The position numbers and the translations under genes are program-made. A DNA stretch of 64,000 bases from NCBI GenBank assembly GCA_029717555.1, contig JAMDHS010000005.1:310001-374000 (forward strand), read 5' to 3'. Below, one piece after another: positions 47,831 through 62,062 of this stretch. Every line of letters starts with the position of its first letter. Positions within the stretch are counted from its first letter, which is position 1. Source of the DNA: Peribolospora baueri. Taxonomy: Eukaryota. Below the pieces are notes generated by a model, which ran no database searches, had not been told where the DNA came from, and was given only the letters and a program-made list of their open reading frames with translations.

Positions 47831-48703
47831 GTGAGCGACGATCTCCTTTGTGTCTTTCTATCCCTCTTTCTTTCTTTCTTTCTGTCGAGCTGTCCGACTG
47901 CCTCTCGTGTCGCCCGGCCGTGGTGAAGGGGGGTGGTGGCGTGAGCGCGCCGTGGTGGAGCGGAAAGGTGGCGTGGAATGGGTTAGGGTGATCGGGTCGG
48001 GACGGAGGCTGAAGCGGTGTTCTCGTAGACGTCTCTCACTCTCGTGAGGGAGGGAGAAGGGGGGATGAAGGAGACGGGCGTGGCGGGCGCGCTGTGGGGA
48101 ACGACGTGACACTCTTTCATTGTGTCTTGTGTGTCTGCCCGTTGGAAGCAAAAACAGCTGGGAAAGCGTTGGGCTGGGGATCATATGGAGACGAAATTGG
48201 CGATGTCCGATAGGATTTTGCTCTGGTACCGCTGTTGCGACTTGCCCATACCGAGGAGGAGGCCTGCGACGCGGTCAAAGGGCGGAGAGGGACGGTAGTG
48301 GCGCGTGCGGTTTACGGTTTGCTGCGCTCGCTCTACTCGCTGAAAGGCGAGGTCGAGGGTGGAGCGAGTGGGCGTGCCGCCACGCTACGCTACGCTACGG
48401 CTACCGGTACATACGGACGGGGCGTAAGCGTGATGAGCGGAAGGCGCGGCTGGGATGGAGTACAGAGGGACGGAGATGGATGAAATGAAATTAGGTGGAT
48501 GAAAGGTGCCCGCTTGGCTTGGCTTGACTTGGTGCGCCGCCGGCTTGCGTTGAGGCGAGTCGTCGTCGTCCATGTCGTAACCCTCCCCCTTCCTACTCCG
48601 TCTCCGTCTCCGTCTCCGTCTCCGTCTCCATCTCCCTTCTTCCATCTCCTACTCCACCACCATCTCCGTTCCTCTCCCTCCTTCTATACCGCCTCACGCA
48701 CAG
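47831..48703 (+). other. Putative long 5'-UTR intron of the RING-PH-vWA gene
   Basis: CAAG|GTGAGC donor after a pyrimidine-rich leader, and a CTCAC..GCACAG acceptor before the coding region. About 870 nt, much longer than the other introns here. Confidence 0.45.
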
Positions 48704-48956
48704 ATACCCTAACCCGTGCTGTGTCCCCCTATCTCCATCTCCATCCGCATACGCGCCCGTCTCCGTATCTCCTCGCTCCTCACTTACATGTCCACCCTCT
48801 CCCTCTCCCTCTCCCTCTCCCCCTCGCCAGCGCCGCCCCCCACGCTCGCCGCCGCCGACCATCGTCCGCTGCTGCCGGGCCCCATCGCCTCGATCCACGA
48901 CGGCTTCCTCGCCGCCGTCCACTCGCTGACTCTCCCTCCTCGTCGCTCTTTCGTCT

Positions 48957-49146
48957 ATGCTCGAACGCGATCGACAACGCATCGCTCACGGTCACCGTCA
49001 CGGTCAACCTCAAGGACAAGCTCAAGATCAAGCTCACCACTGGCAAGGCCCGAGCTCGTCTAACGCCTCCCTCCGGTCCAATCGCTCCTCCGTCGACAGC
49101 CGACACCACCCCTCCTCGCCCCGCGCCTATTTTCACGCCGACGGCG

Positions 49147-49180
<34 letters not shown>

Positions 49181-52100
49181 ACGCCCTCCCGGCTTCTTCT
49201 CCAGGCCTTCCTCCGTCTCTTCCCACTCCTCCTCCCTCACCGTCTCCCCCTCTCGCCCCTCCGACTCGGACCACGGCCCCTCCAGCCCCAGCTTGTCCCG
49301 TCGCGGCCCCTTCCACTTCCCCTTCAAGCGCTCCAACGCCGGCTCCCACCAGTCTTTCTCCTCCCTCTTCTCCGTCTCCATTCGCGATCCCAGGAGGAAC
49401 AGTCGAAGTTCCAACACCAGCTCGATCGACAGCGCCGGCGCCACCATCGACTCTCTCAGTCGATACGACGGCAAAGGCCCTCTTCCTCCTCACCTCAACG
49501 CCCCGACTGACGGCTCTCGCACCAGGCCTAGGCGCTCCAACTCGATCCGCTCCGCCGCCTCCTCCGTGCCCACCATCCGCGAGGATTCCGTCCTCGACAC
49601 CCGCGCTTCCTTTTCTCGTTCCCAGTACTCGTTGCCCGTAGGCAACTACGCCCCTGATCCCTGCCCGCCTCTTCCCGCCGGCTCTCAGGATTCCCTCTCT
49701 CCCTCTCAACGCTCGCCCTCCGCTCGCTCCGTACCCCTCCACACCGGCCCCCGCATGTGGCATCGACCCTCCGACTCGTCGTCCGACCCCAAGGGGCGGC
49801 GCAAGCACGAACAACAACAAAGTATGGACACCTACGGGGCCCATTATCACCAGCCCGAACGCTCGTCAAGCCGCCAGGAGGCCGACCTCTTCGATTCCAA
49901 AGCCGCCGCCCTCCTCGGCATCGACGTCGGCTCTTTGAGGTCAGAGACCAGAGAGTCCCGTCGTCGCGCCGCCGCCACATTTGTCGGCCAACAACCTCCT
50001 CCACCACCGCCGCCGCAGCCGCCGCTCGCCGCGCCTTCGCGCTCCGGCACCCTGTCCAGCGCTAGCGGTTCGAGCTACGCTTCCAGCGCCTGGTCCCACA
50101 GCCACAGCCACCGCTCCAGCAACGCCACCACCTTTTCTGGCCTCTCCTCCGGCGGTAGGCAGTCCGGCGGAAACCCGTCCAAGATCGATAGGCTCATGGG
50201 CGCGGACGTCTCCGGCGCCATGGCCGCGTCGGCCGATCACCCTTTCGGCGGAGCACGCCCCCCGCACCCGCCCACCTCGTCCGCTCGAGGCCACACCCTA
50301 TCGCCCATCCCCTCCGTCCAGGCCTCGCTCTCCTTCCGCGGAAGCGCCGACGTGCTCTCCCCGACCGGCTTTGGCCCTCCGAACGTGCGACCGGATGCGC
50401 ATTCCTCCTCCGCCCTCGTCTCTCCCTCCACCTCGATCCTCGACGAGGACTGCCCCGTCTGCCTCGAGCCGCTCTCCTACCGCCTAGCCGGAGAAAAGCC
50501 GCACGTCGTCCCGTCCTGCGGCCACGCTCTTCACGAGGCTTGCTTCACCGCCGTATACGGTCCCGTGCGCGACTTGCTACCCCCACCCCCTGGTACGTCC
50601 GGCATGGGCAGGAAAAGGAAGGATTCTCCGGGCATGTGCGGCGTGTGTAGGAGGCCGATCTCGTTTGGTGATGGGGAGGAGGACAAGGGTCATAGCAGTG
50701 AGCGCGCCGCGACGTCGTTCGTCATCGAGGTTTGTTGAGGTCCTTGGCACTCACTCGTTCACCCCTCTTTCTTTTCGGTTTCGCTTCGTTTTCGCTTCGC
50801 AGAGTTCGCAGCCATCGCGGGCGTCAACGATGAGATCCCCGACGGCCGCTTGAGCGGGTCCTTGTCGCGTCTCCGCCAGTCCACCGGCATGCGCCCCGGT
50901 CCGTTGGACAACTTTTCCCTTCATGGTCCGCTCGAGGACGACCCGATCGAGACGGCCAGCATGCATTCTCGCGGCTCCGGAGGGCACGCCAGGCGCGACT
51001 CGGTCTCCCTCTCAGGAGGCCTCGTTACCCCGTTTATCAAGGCCCGCTCCGAGTTTGCCACACTCCGTCGCAAGACGCCGCTCGGTTCGCCAGGCAACGG
51101 CGACAGCGGCGGCTCGAAACAGCATCTCACCTGCATCGTCACCGTCGAGGTCATCGGTCGTAGGCCGCCACCCGTCTCGGAGATGGCGTCCATGACCCCG
51201 CTCGGTCCGGTGCCGGACGAGGAAGACGACATGGACGATGACCATCTCGAGCCCCCGATCCGACATCACACCGCCGCCGCCTCGTCCGACGAGAGCGAGA
51301 AGAGCAAAGACGAGGAAGGATCGCAGCCCTCGTCGCCCGATCCGGGCACCGGCTTTTCTTTCGGCGCCACTCCCTCTGTCGATACCACCTTTACCTTTGT
51401 CCTCGACGATCTTCGCATGCGCATCACCGACTGGAAGGGTCACTCGCTCGAACACTTTGGCACGCTCAAGCTCTACGACCTCATCAGCGTCCGTCAAGAG
51501 TCCATCGTCCGCGACTTTTATGTTTACCTTTTTCAGGAGGCCCTGCTGTGCGTCACAGAAGAGAAAAAGAAGGGCTTGAGTAGGTTCATCGCCGTCGCCG
51601 CCGGAGGTGCCACCGCTGCTGTCGCCGACAGCTCTGAGCCGAGCGGCGGCGCCGGCGGTGGTGGTGGTAGTAGTAGTAGTGGCGGCCTAAGCCCCGGCGG
51701 CAAGTCGACCTCGAGCAAGCCGCCACTCAAGCTCAAGGGTCGCATCTATCTCCGCCACATCCGACGGGTGATCGATTCGACCGTCGCCGGCGAGTACTCG
51801 CTTACCATCACCATGGAAGACGAGAGCCTGGATCACTTTATCCTCTGCTTCAAGGAGCCCGCGGTAATGCAGGCTTGGAAGAAGGAGCTCGTCTCGCTCA
51901 TCGACGCTTCGAGGCCCGGCAAGAACGCCAGCGGAATGTTGTCCGTCACCGGTTCAGAGAACAATTCGTGTCTCTCTCCGTCGTCGGCGGCCAGCGGTGG
52001 CGGAAACGAGATGCAGCAAGCGCAGGCGCAGGCTCAAGCGCAGCAGGCGCACCTCCACGACCTCGCCTCGCCCACGTCTTCCGCCGGCGGTGGCAGCAAG

Positions 52101-54112
52101 TCCAGTAGCATGTCTCCCCGCACCGGCGCTGAGGCGCAGCAGCGCCCCAGGAATGCCTCGGGCTTCTTGCCCACCGGTCCTCCGCCGGTCATGCTCCCTC
52201 ACAACCCTCTCGACCTCGTCCTCGTCTTCTCCGTACCCAACACGCCCGCCGGCGGTCAGGTCAGCTCGTCGGCCGCGCTCAAGCTTCGGCTCATCAAGTC
52301 GACCCTTGAGTTTGTCCTCTACTCCCTCGGCCCACGCGACCGGCTGAGCATCATCACCTTCACCGTCGGCGTACAGGGGCGCGTGCGGAGGACGCCGCTG
52401 CTGCTCCCGTCGAGGGAGATTGGTCGCGCGCGGCTGCAGGCGTTCGTCGACTCGATCGGCAGGCCGTACGACGCGACGGACCCCGAGGAGCAGCAGGCCC
52501 AGGACGAGCTCCGCAGCCTCGGCGGCGGCTCGGACAGGACGGACGTGGTGACGGCCGTCAACGTGGCTCTGGACATTGTCCTGCAGCGCAAGACGAAGAA
52601 TGCGGTCACCGGTATCATCCTCGTCAATGACGCCGCGGACGGGGCCAGGCGCGGCCAGATGGACCTTGTCCTCGCTCGGTGTGAGGCTGCGCAGTGAGTT
52701 GGCTTGGCGGATGTCCGCTTCCTGGTGTGGATAAAGTCTCCGGGATGTCCCAGCTAACTATCTCCCCCCTTCCTCTTCCATTTGACGTTGCAGCACTCCT
52801 ATCCATTCGTTTGGATACGGCAAAACCCACGACCCTTCCTCCCTCTGGCTCATTTCGAACCACACCAAAGGCACTTACACGTGAGTTAGTCTATGGACTT
52901 TGGGCCCCGCCGTCGATCGTGTCGGTTGATCCTTCCCATTTTCTTTTCGTCGCCCTTACAGCTTCGTGCGCGAGTGGTACCACCTCCGCCAGTGCCTCGC
53001 CGGCTGCATCGGTGGCCTCATGTCGGTCGCCATCACGGACGTCAAGATTCACATCGGCATGCCGGACCGCAACCACTTCAAGGTGCGCAAAGTGTCCGGT
53101 CCGACCGGCGCCATCGTCTCTTCGGACGGCAAAGACGTCGACGCCGAGCTTGGAGAAATGCGCTTCGGCGATCGACGTGAGATGCTGGTCGAGCTCGAGT
53201 TCGACTTTGACCGCATCTCGCCCCCGCCCCCCCCACCGGGCAGCCCCGGCGCTGTATCGGCGAGGAACGGGAACGGGCACGCCGGCTCGGCGAGCAACGC
53301 CACCGACGAGTTTGTCCAGCGCCTCGGCCTCCAGGGTCTTTCGCTGACCGACGGCGACGTCTGGGAGGGCATTTACGAGGGCATGATCGACGAAGTGCCC
53401 GTGTTCGAAGTCGACGCTTCGTACCGCGACCCGGCGCTCGGCAAGGTCGTCACCCGGCTTCCGTACCCGATCCTGCTCACCGTCGAGGTCGACTCGACGG
53501 CGCCCGCGTCCGACGCGCCTCGGCCTCCGCTCATGTCCGACCCGCTCATCGTGCGGAGGAGGATGGAGCTGCTGGTGTCGGACATGATCACGCGCAGCTT
53601 GTTGCTCGTCTCCAGACGCAACTATCCTCAGGCGCTCCGGTGAGTCGAGGAGAGGAGAGGGAGTCGTGCGCGCCCGGTCCTGGCCGCTCAACGGTTTTTT
53701 TTTTTCCCTTCCCGATAGCATCTTCACCGAGACGCGTAGAATCCTCGAGACGGTCATGGCCAGCATTCCGGACCCCAAAACGTCCGAGGACGGCACGACC
53801 ACCGAAGGCGGACTCGTTCGCAAGTCGTCCGCCTCCTCCTCTCGACGGCAGCGCGAGGTGCTCAACGCTCGCACCCTCGAGTCGCTCTCCGCGCTTCTCG
53901 ACGACATCAACGCGCTCGTCGAAGGCCTTGAGGAAGAGCCGATGCGCACCCACTTTGACCGCGATCACCGCAACTTTGGCGCCCAACAGGCAATGGTCCT
54001 CCGCGATCAAAAGGCTTGGACGGCGAGGACGCCGACGGAGAGGATGTTCTTCACCGCCGACAATGCTGGCTCGCTCGTCGATTTGGCCGCTTTTGCACCT
54101 CAGGAGAGGTGA
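48957..54112 (+). CDS. Far1/Ste5-type scaffold: RING-H2, PH and vWA domains; 5 exons
   Basis: RING: CPVCLEPL..CGHALHEAC...CGVC. PH: FGTLKLYDLISVRQ..FYVYLFQEALLCVTEE...LKLKGRIYLRHI..FILCFKE..W. vWA: PLDLVLVFS..LGPRDRLSIITF..ALDIVLQRKTKNAVTGIILVND..PIHSFGYG. A polyQ and Ser-rich N-terminus precedes these. Confidence 0.9.
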
Positions 54113-54974
54113 TAATACATCTAGCCGACTCCTTTCCCCCGCCGTCCTTCTTCCGTTCGTTCCACGATCGAAGGGGCATATACCCTCTTTTTCGTCTCCC
54201 TCTCTCGTGTCGGCCTCTCATTCGTTTTTTTTTTGTCATCGTCTTTCTTTTTCTCTTGCTCATCGTCCGTTCGCCGTCTCTCTCTCTCTCCATCTTTCCT
54301 CCTCTTCCTCATCCCTCTCTCTCGGACCGCCCCATCCTAGTGTCCCCCGGAGCCCAGCCGTGATGCGTCTTCCTCCCACTTTTCCGTGTTACCCTCATCT
54401 TATCGTTCTCAGCCGTCGTCCGAGTACCCCACTCCCGTCGCGTCCTATTCCCTGCCCACCCTTTTCGTTCCCCTCTCTCTTGTCCGCCGTCGGTCGGACC
54501 GGCTCGATCACCCTTTCGTTCTCTCTGCCCGCCTATCCATTTCTCCCTTTTGTTCTCCGCGGACGAGGAGGCGGGCCGAGAGAAGGGCCGATCAAAATGA
54601 AGTGTATACCTCAAAAGGCCGTCATCCCCGTCTCCTTCTCACCTCTGCCGCCCCTGTACCCGTGTGTGTCCGTTCGTCTATTTTTGTTCCCCTCATCGCC
54701 ATATCCATATCGTCGTGGTCGGGAATGAATCAGCGTTGGATGATCGCCGCGTCGATGCAGAGTGAGCCAAAGTTTGTATTTTTCATTCCTTCCTTCTTTC
54801 TTCCCCTTCTTCCTCTCCATCCATCTTCCATTTCTTATCCATCCATCCATCCGTTCATCCGTCCGTACCTACGTTACGTTTCTGAGAAGCGAGCGAGCGA
54901 CCAAGAAAAGAGGGATCCGTAGCAAGCGGAGACGCGTCGGGAAAGGGAGAGTGAGAAGAAAAGAGAGGCATGAG

Positions 54975-55046
54975 AAGGGAAGGGAAGGGAAGGGAAGGGA
55001 AGGGAAGGGAAGGGAAGGGAAGGGAAGGGGAGGGGAGGGGAGGGGG
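54975..55046 (+). repeat. (AAGGG)n pentanucleotide microsatellite grading into (AGGGG)n
   Basis: About 11 AAGGG units followed by AGGGG units, ~50 nt beyond the glycerol kinase stop codon. Confidence 0.92.
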
Positions 55047-55096
55047 TGGAACCGCGCTGTGCTGCGGCGCGCCGCGCCCCATTCCGTTCAGTTCAT

Positions 55097-57370
<2,274 letters not shown>

Positions 57371-58906
57371 GGTGGGCAAGTAGGCGCGGTTGGACGAGTG
57401 AAGGCGGGGGGCGCTGGGGAAGCGGGGGGCAGTGGGTGGGCGTTGGGAGAGCGGGGGAGGGGGAGGAGGGGAGGGGGAGGGGAGGTTGGACTGGGTGGTG
57501 GTGGTGGTGGGAGTGAAAGCGGTGGTGGTGCGGGCGGGAGCAGAAGCGGACCGGCGAGCCGAGGGGAGGTGGGCGGAGAGGGCGCCGCGAGGGAGTGGGC
57601 GGGGCGGAGGGCGGAGGACTGGGCGAGGAGCAAGGTGGGGAAGGAGGAGTCGGGCGGGGAGGGGCGAAGAAATCGTGATGGCGATGGCAATGGCGACGAG
57701 GGTGGGCGAAGCGATGAGATGCGATGCGATGAGATGCGAGCGGTCGGCGGCGGTGCGTCGGATGTCGTCGGTGCCTGCAGAGACGCAATGCAAAGATGCG
57801 CAGCGTGGCGTCGAGAGGAGGAGGAGGAAGAGGAAGAGGAAGAGGAAGCAGATGGATGAGGGCGAGCTAGAGTTTGATGGAAGGGGCCAAGGCGAGCGAA
57901 AAAAGAAAAAGAGAAGAAAGAGACGTCGGCGACTCTGCTCGTCCTCCGCCCGTCGCCGCTCGTCCGACCAGCGAGCCAAAGCAAGCCAGCCAGAGCCAGC
58001 CGGGCCCAAATCTGATCAGCCCCCGCCGCCAAGGTCGCACAAGACCGGGAGCGGGCCGCGCTGCGCCGTGTCGTACGTGCGCCAGCCAGTCGTCCGTCGC
58101 CCGCAAGAGCATCCACCTCCAGCCAACAACAACATCCGGCCAGCCACGTTCTGCTTCACGTTCTACCGTGTCCAGCGAGCCAGTTATTATTATTAGTGCA
58201 GCGGACCGCAAAGCCACTCGTCATGGTGCAGCTTCCTCCGTCAATGGACATGATACATGACATGAACGGGGACCGGAAACGAAGCGAACCAGAGCAAAGA
58301 CGCAGACAGACCCTCGCTCGCTCGCAAACCGTCTCTCTCTGCACGTCTCCCCGCTCGGGGGCCCACGAAAGGACCCCCACGCACGGGCGCCCGCGTCCGC
58401 CTTCGTCAACCGCCCCAGACCAGCAGCGCCGGCCGAGCCGCTTCTGACCCATCGCCCTCTCGTTGTCGCGGGCAATTCGACGCAGTGGGGAGGAAGGCGC
58501 TGGAGTCATGCGCCCGCCGCTGTGTTCGTCCGTCGTGGTCTTCGCCCCCTCTGAGCACGGACGCGGACATGTACATATGCAGTGAGCACGCTCACCCTCC
58601 CGCCCGACGAGTCGACGCGAATCGACTACAGACAGACCGGAAACAGCAACCGCCCTATGGGACACGACCGGCAATTACGGAGCCGCGCTTCCCTGCGCCC
58701 ACGACGGCAGCCTCGGATACACAGAAAACGCCGTCAGCCGGCGTTCATCTCGCACGTGGCGCTCATTGTGGCAGCACGTGACCAGCCGCCATTGTCGCGG
58801 CTTGCGCGCTCGATCGCCGTCGTCCAGCGTCGCCCGACCTGATCTGGACGTCGCTGCAGGAAAAACGGCCGGCTTGCTTGGTCTCACACATCCTACCCAG
58901 CCAGCC

Positions 58907-59171
58907 ATGTCCTCTCGTTCCGGCAGCCCGCGCCGTCCCCGCGGTGGCAGGGGGGGCCGCGGTGGCTACCAGCGCCAGCAGCAGACGCAGCAGCATCAGC
59001 TTTATAACCCCTCGCCTCTCAGCCGCTCCTCCTCTTCCTCCGCCGTCCAGCGCACTGGTTACGGCAAGACACAGGTGCCCGCGTCTCCAAAAGAGGAAGA
59101 GGACGAAGAAGAAGAAGAAGAAGAAGAAGAAGAAGAAGAAGACGATGACGATAACGACGACAGCGACGACA

Positions 59172-59221
<50 letters not shown>

Positions 59222-61408
59222 AGCGATAGGATGGTGGACGACAAAGGCGAGCATTGGCCGTCCAGCCCGCCGTCTTACCGAGTCGAGCGAGGTGGAAGCG
59301 GCCAAGGGGACAGGGCCAACTTTGGCTTTGAGCAAACCGCCGCCGCCGTCTCCCCTCCGCCCACGACGACCTCTCCCCGTCCGCCCCTGCACACCCCGCG
59401 TCAAAGCGCCGGTTCGGCCTTTGCCTCCGCTCCCGCCACCGCCTCCCCTCGGGCCCCTCACACGCCCTCCTCCTCCTCCGCGCTACCCCACACTCCGCCG
59501 CCCCGTTTTGTTGGCACGCCGATCCGGAACATCCAAAACTCTTCGCCTGTATTTCGTCGCTCGGCCACTTTTGGCTCTCCCGGCCTGAGGAGGTTCCCCG
59601 TGTCGTCGCCGTTAAAAGGCACCGCCGGTGGGCACGGCGGAAGCGGCAGGGATGCGGAAACGCCGGAGCAGGAACAGGCGGCGGCTTTGACGAGGACCGC
59701 TGGTCCGAGGAGGAGGTTCGTGAGGAGGAAGCCTCTAGGTCAGAGGTGAGCGAGCGATCGGACGGTGGTTCTCCATCTTGCTTCGGTCATATGCGATTCT
59801 GCATCTTGCTTCGATCATATGCGAATCTGACCAAGTCCTTTCTCCTCTTCCGCCCAGACTTCTCGCTCTCCCAATCGACCTCTTCCACCGCCTCCAAGCC
59901 CTTGTCCTTGAACACCTGACGCTCAGTGACGCCCCCGCTCTCGCCTACCCGCTCGCCCTCCTCTTCCACCTCATCCACTTTCTCGCCCACGTCGCTCGAC
60001 CCATCGGCATCCCCGTCGAGTTTGGCGGCGCCGCCGCGCCGCTCATCACCGGTCAGCCGGAGCAGGTGGCGAGGCCAGTCCGGCAGGGAACGAGTTTGTT
60101 TGGAGGAAAGAAGGGAAAGTGGTCGAGGCAGGATGAGATCAGGAGGTTGAGGAAGGGCCAAAGAGATGCGTGGATTGGCTGGATGGTGAGCGCTCGCACG
60201 TCTTCCTTCCATCTTCACTCTCTCCTACTTCGTCTTCGTCTTCGTCTTCGTCTTTTTTTTTCTTTTTTTTTTCGTCCCGCCGCTCATCCAACCACATGCG
60301 TATCTGCTTTGCGTCCAGTCCTTCCTCGTTTCCTTCTCCCTCCTCGCCATCTCCTTCCTCAACGCCCTCTACCTCTTCACTCGCAAGCGCACGTACAGAA
60401 TGGTTCTCCGGGATGAGCGAGTGAGTGCAGTGTTTTGGTTTTTGTCCTTTTCTCGCCTCGCTCACCGATCGTTTGTCCTCGTGCCTGGCGCACAGAACCC
60501 CATAGACTCGCCCAATGCCCGCCTCGCCGAAATGGACTTCAACATGGAGCCGCCGGAGAAGGAGCCGCTGAGCGTCAAGGTCAAGTGGGTCTTTGCTCAG
60601 TCCTGTTTGGTTCCTCATCTTTGCGCTGTCGACTCATCCTCGCTCATCTGTTCCCCACGCAGAAAACTGGGCCTCCACCTCCTCCTCCGCCTTCCTGTCC
60701 TCGGCACCCTCCTGCGCTGGTTCGTATCAGACCCGTACGAGGTGGACGAGCTGGAGGCGAGGCAGAAGGCGAGGGTGCAGACGTTGGAAGTGTGGCAGCC
60801 GGAAGGGTTTTACCTCAGGTTGTTCTGGTGAGTTTTCGTCCTTCCTTCCTTCTCCTTTCGCCTCCGCGCCTGGCCCTCCTTTCCGACCGACCGAACGCCG
60901 CCGCCGGCTCCTCTCTCTTCGTCCCCCCCGCCCACACGCAGCGTCTACTCTCCCACACACGCTCTCTTTTATCACTTCGGCCACCTCCTCGGCCTCAACA
61001 GCCGCGGTTGGTGGCTCGCATTGTTGATGATGGCCCTCTTCGGCTGGCAGACCAAGTACCTCGCCGAGCGATACGCCCGCCTGGTCAAGGACCGCTCGAT
61101 CGTTGCGGCCGAGGTCATGAATGAATATAATGAGAAGGTGCGCGCACGCTTTTGCTTTGCTCCGCGCCCAATCGGAGCAATCTTTCTTATCCTCGCTCCC
61201 TGGTTCCACCAAATTTCTTATCCCCGCTTCCCTGGCTCCATCCACCACATCCATCCAGTTCGTCTACCCGACAGCAATGCCCTCGATGCGCGACGCAAGC
61301 GCACAGACAGACGAGCAGCAGCTCGCCCACATGTTTCCTTCTTCCCCGCCTTCTTCTTCTTTGTTTCGTTCTTCCAGAGCGTTCGCTTCTAGTCCGTTTG
61401 CGGGGTGA
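58907..61408 (+). CDS. Nuclear rim protein Nur1/Mug154 (DUF2418)-like membrane protein; ~7 exons
   Basis: RRFVRRKPLGQR, NALYLFTRKRTYRM, PIDSPNAR, LEVWQPEGFYLRLFCVYSPTH, LVKDRSIVAAEVMNEYNEK|FVYP..RDASAQTD, which I recognise as Nur1/Mug154 family motifs. Confidence 0.85.
59092..59226 (+). repeat. Compound (GAA)n(GAC)n coding microsatellite encoding a ~45-aa poly-E/poly-D tract
   Basis: Directly visible trinucleotide runs in exon 1 of the Nur1-like gene. Confidence 0.95.
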
Positions 61409-62062
61409 AAAGAGGGAGGAGTCTGTTCGCGCGGTGAAAAGAAGAAGGAGGTCTTGCCGTTTCGCTTCCCTTTCTCCTTCGGCCCGTGCCTCGCCTCTCG
61501 TGCGTTGTTGGGCTGGGTCAAGTTGGGTGCTGCGCGTTGTCGGTTCTGAACACACGTCATGTAGATGTGTCCGACACGGTCGCAACGCGTCCATGTCGTT
61601 CGTCTAGGCCACCCCGAGAGAGATTTGACCACCGTACGTAAGTACCTGTGCGTACAGTACAGTGCATCTGCATGCATATTTATTCTTTACATTCACTAAT
61701 TGATCTTTAGTAAGCTCAACTTGCCTGAATAATTTACCTTTTATAATAGTTTCAATCCGGGGACCGCTTGGCCGACGGACGCGGCCAAGTCGCCTCTCGT
61801 CCTCCTCTTAACCCCGAAACGTCGTCATGGTGGGGTGGTTATAGGATAGGATAGGATAGCATAGCATCATCGCTTCACATCTCATTTCATACCAACCCCG
61901 CCCGGCCTCGGAATCGTGGGCGATTGAAAAGGAAAAAAAGAGGAAAGGAAGAGGAGCGCGCGAGTCGAGGAAAGTCAACAAAGCCGGGGCGAAGCAAACA
62001 AACAAAAATAACAACAAGAGACAGAGCAGAGCTTCCGGACGCGGCGCTGCAACGCCGTCCCG

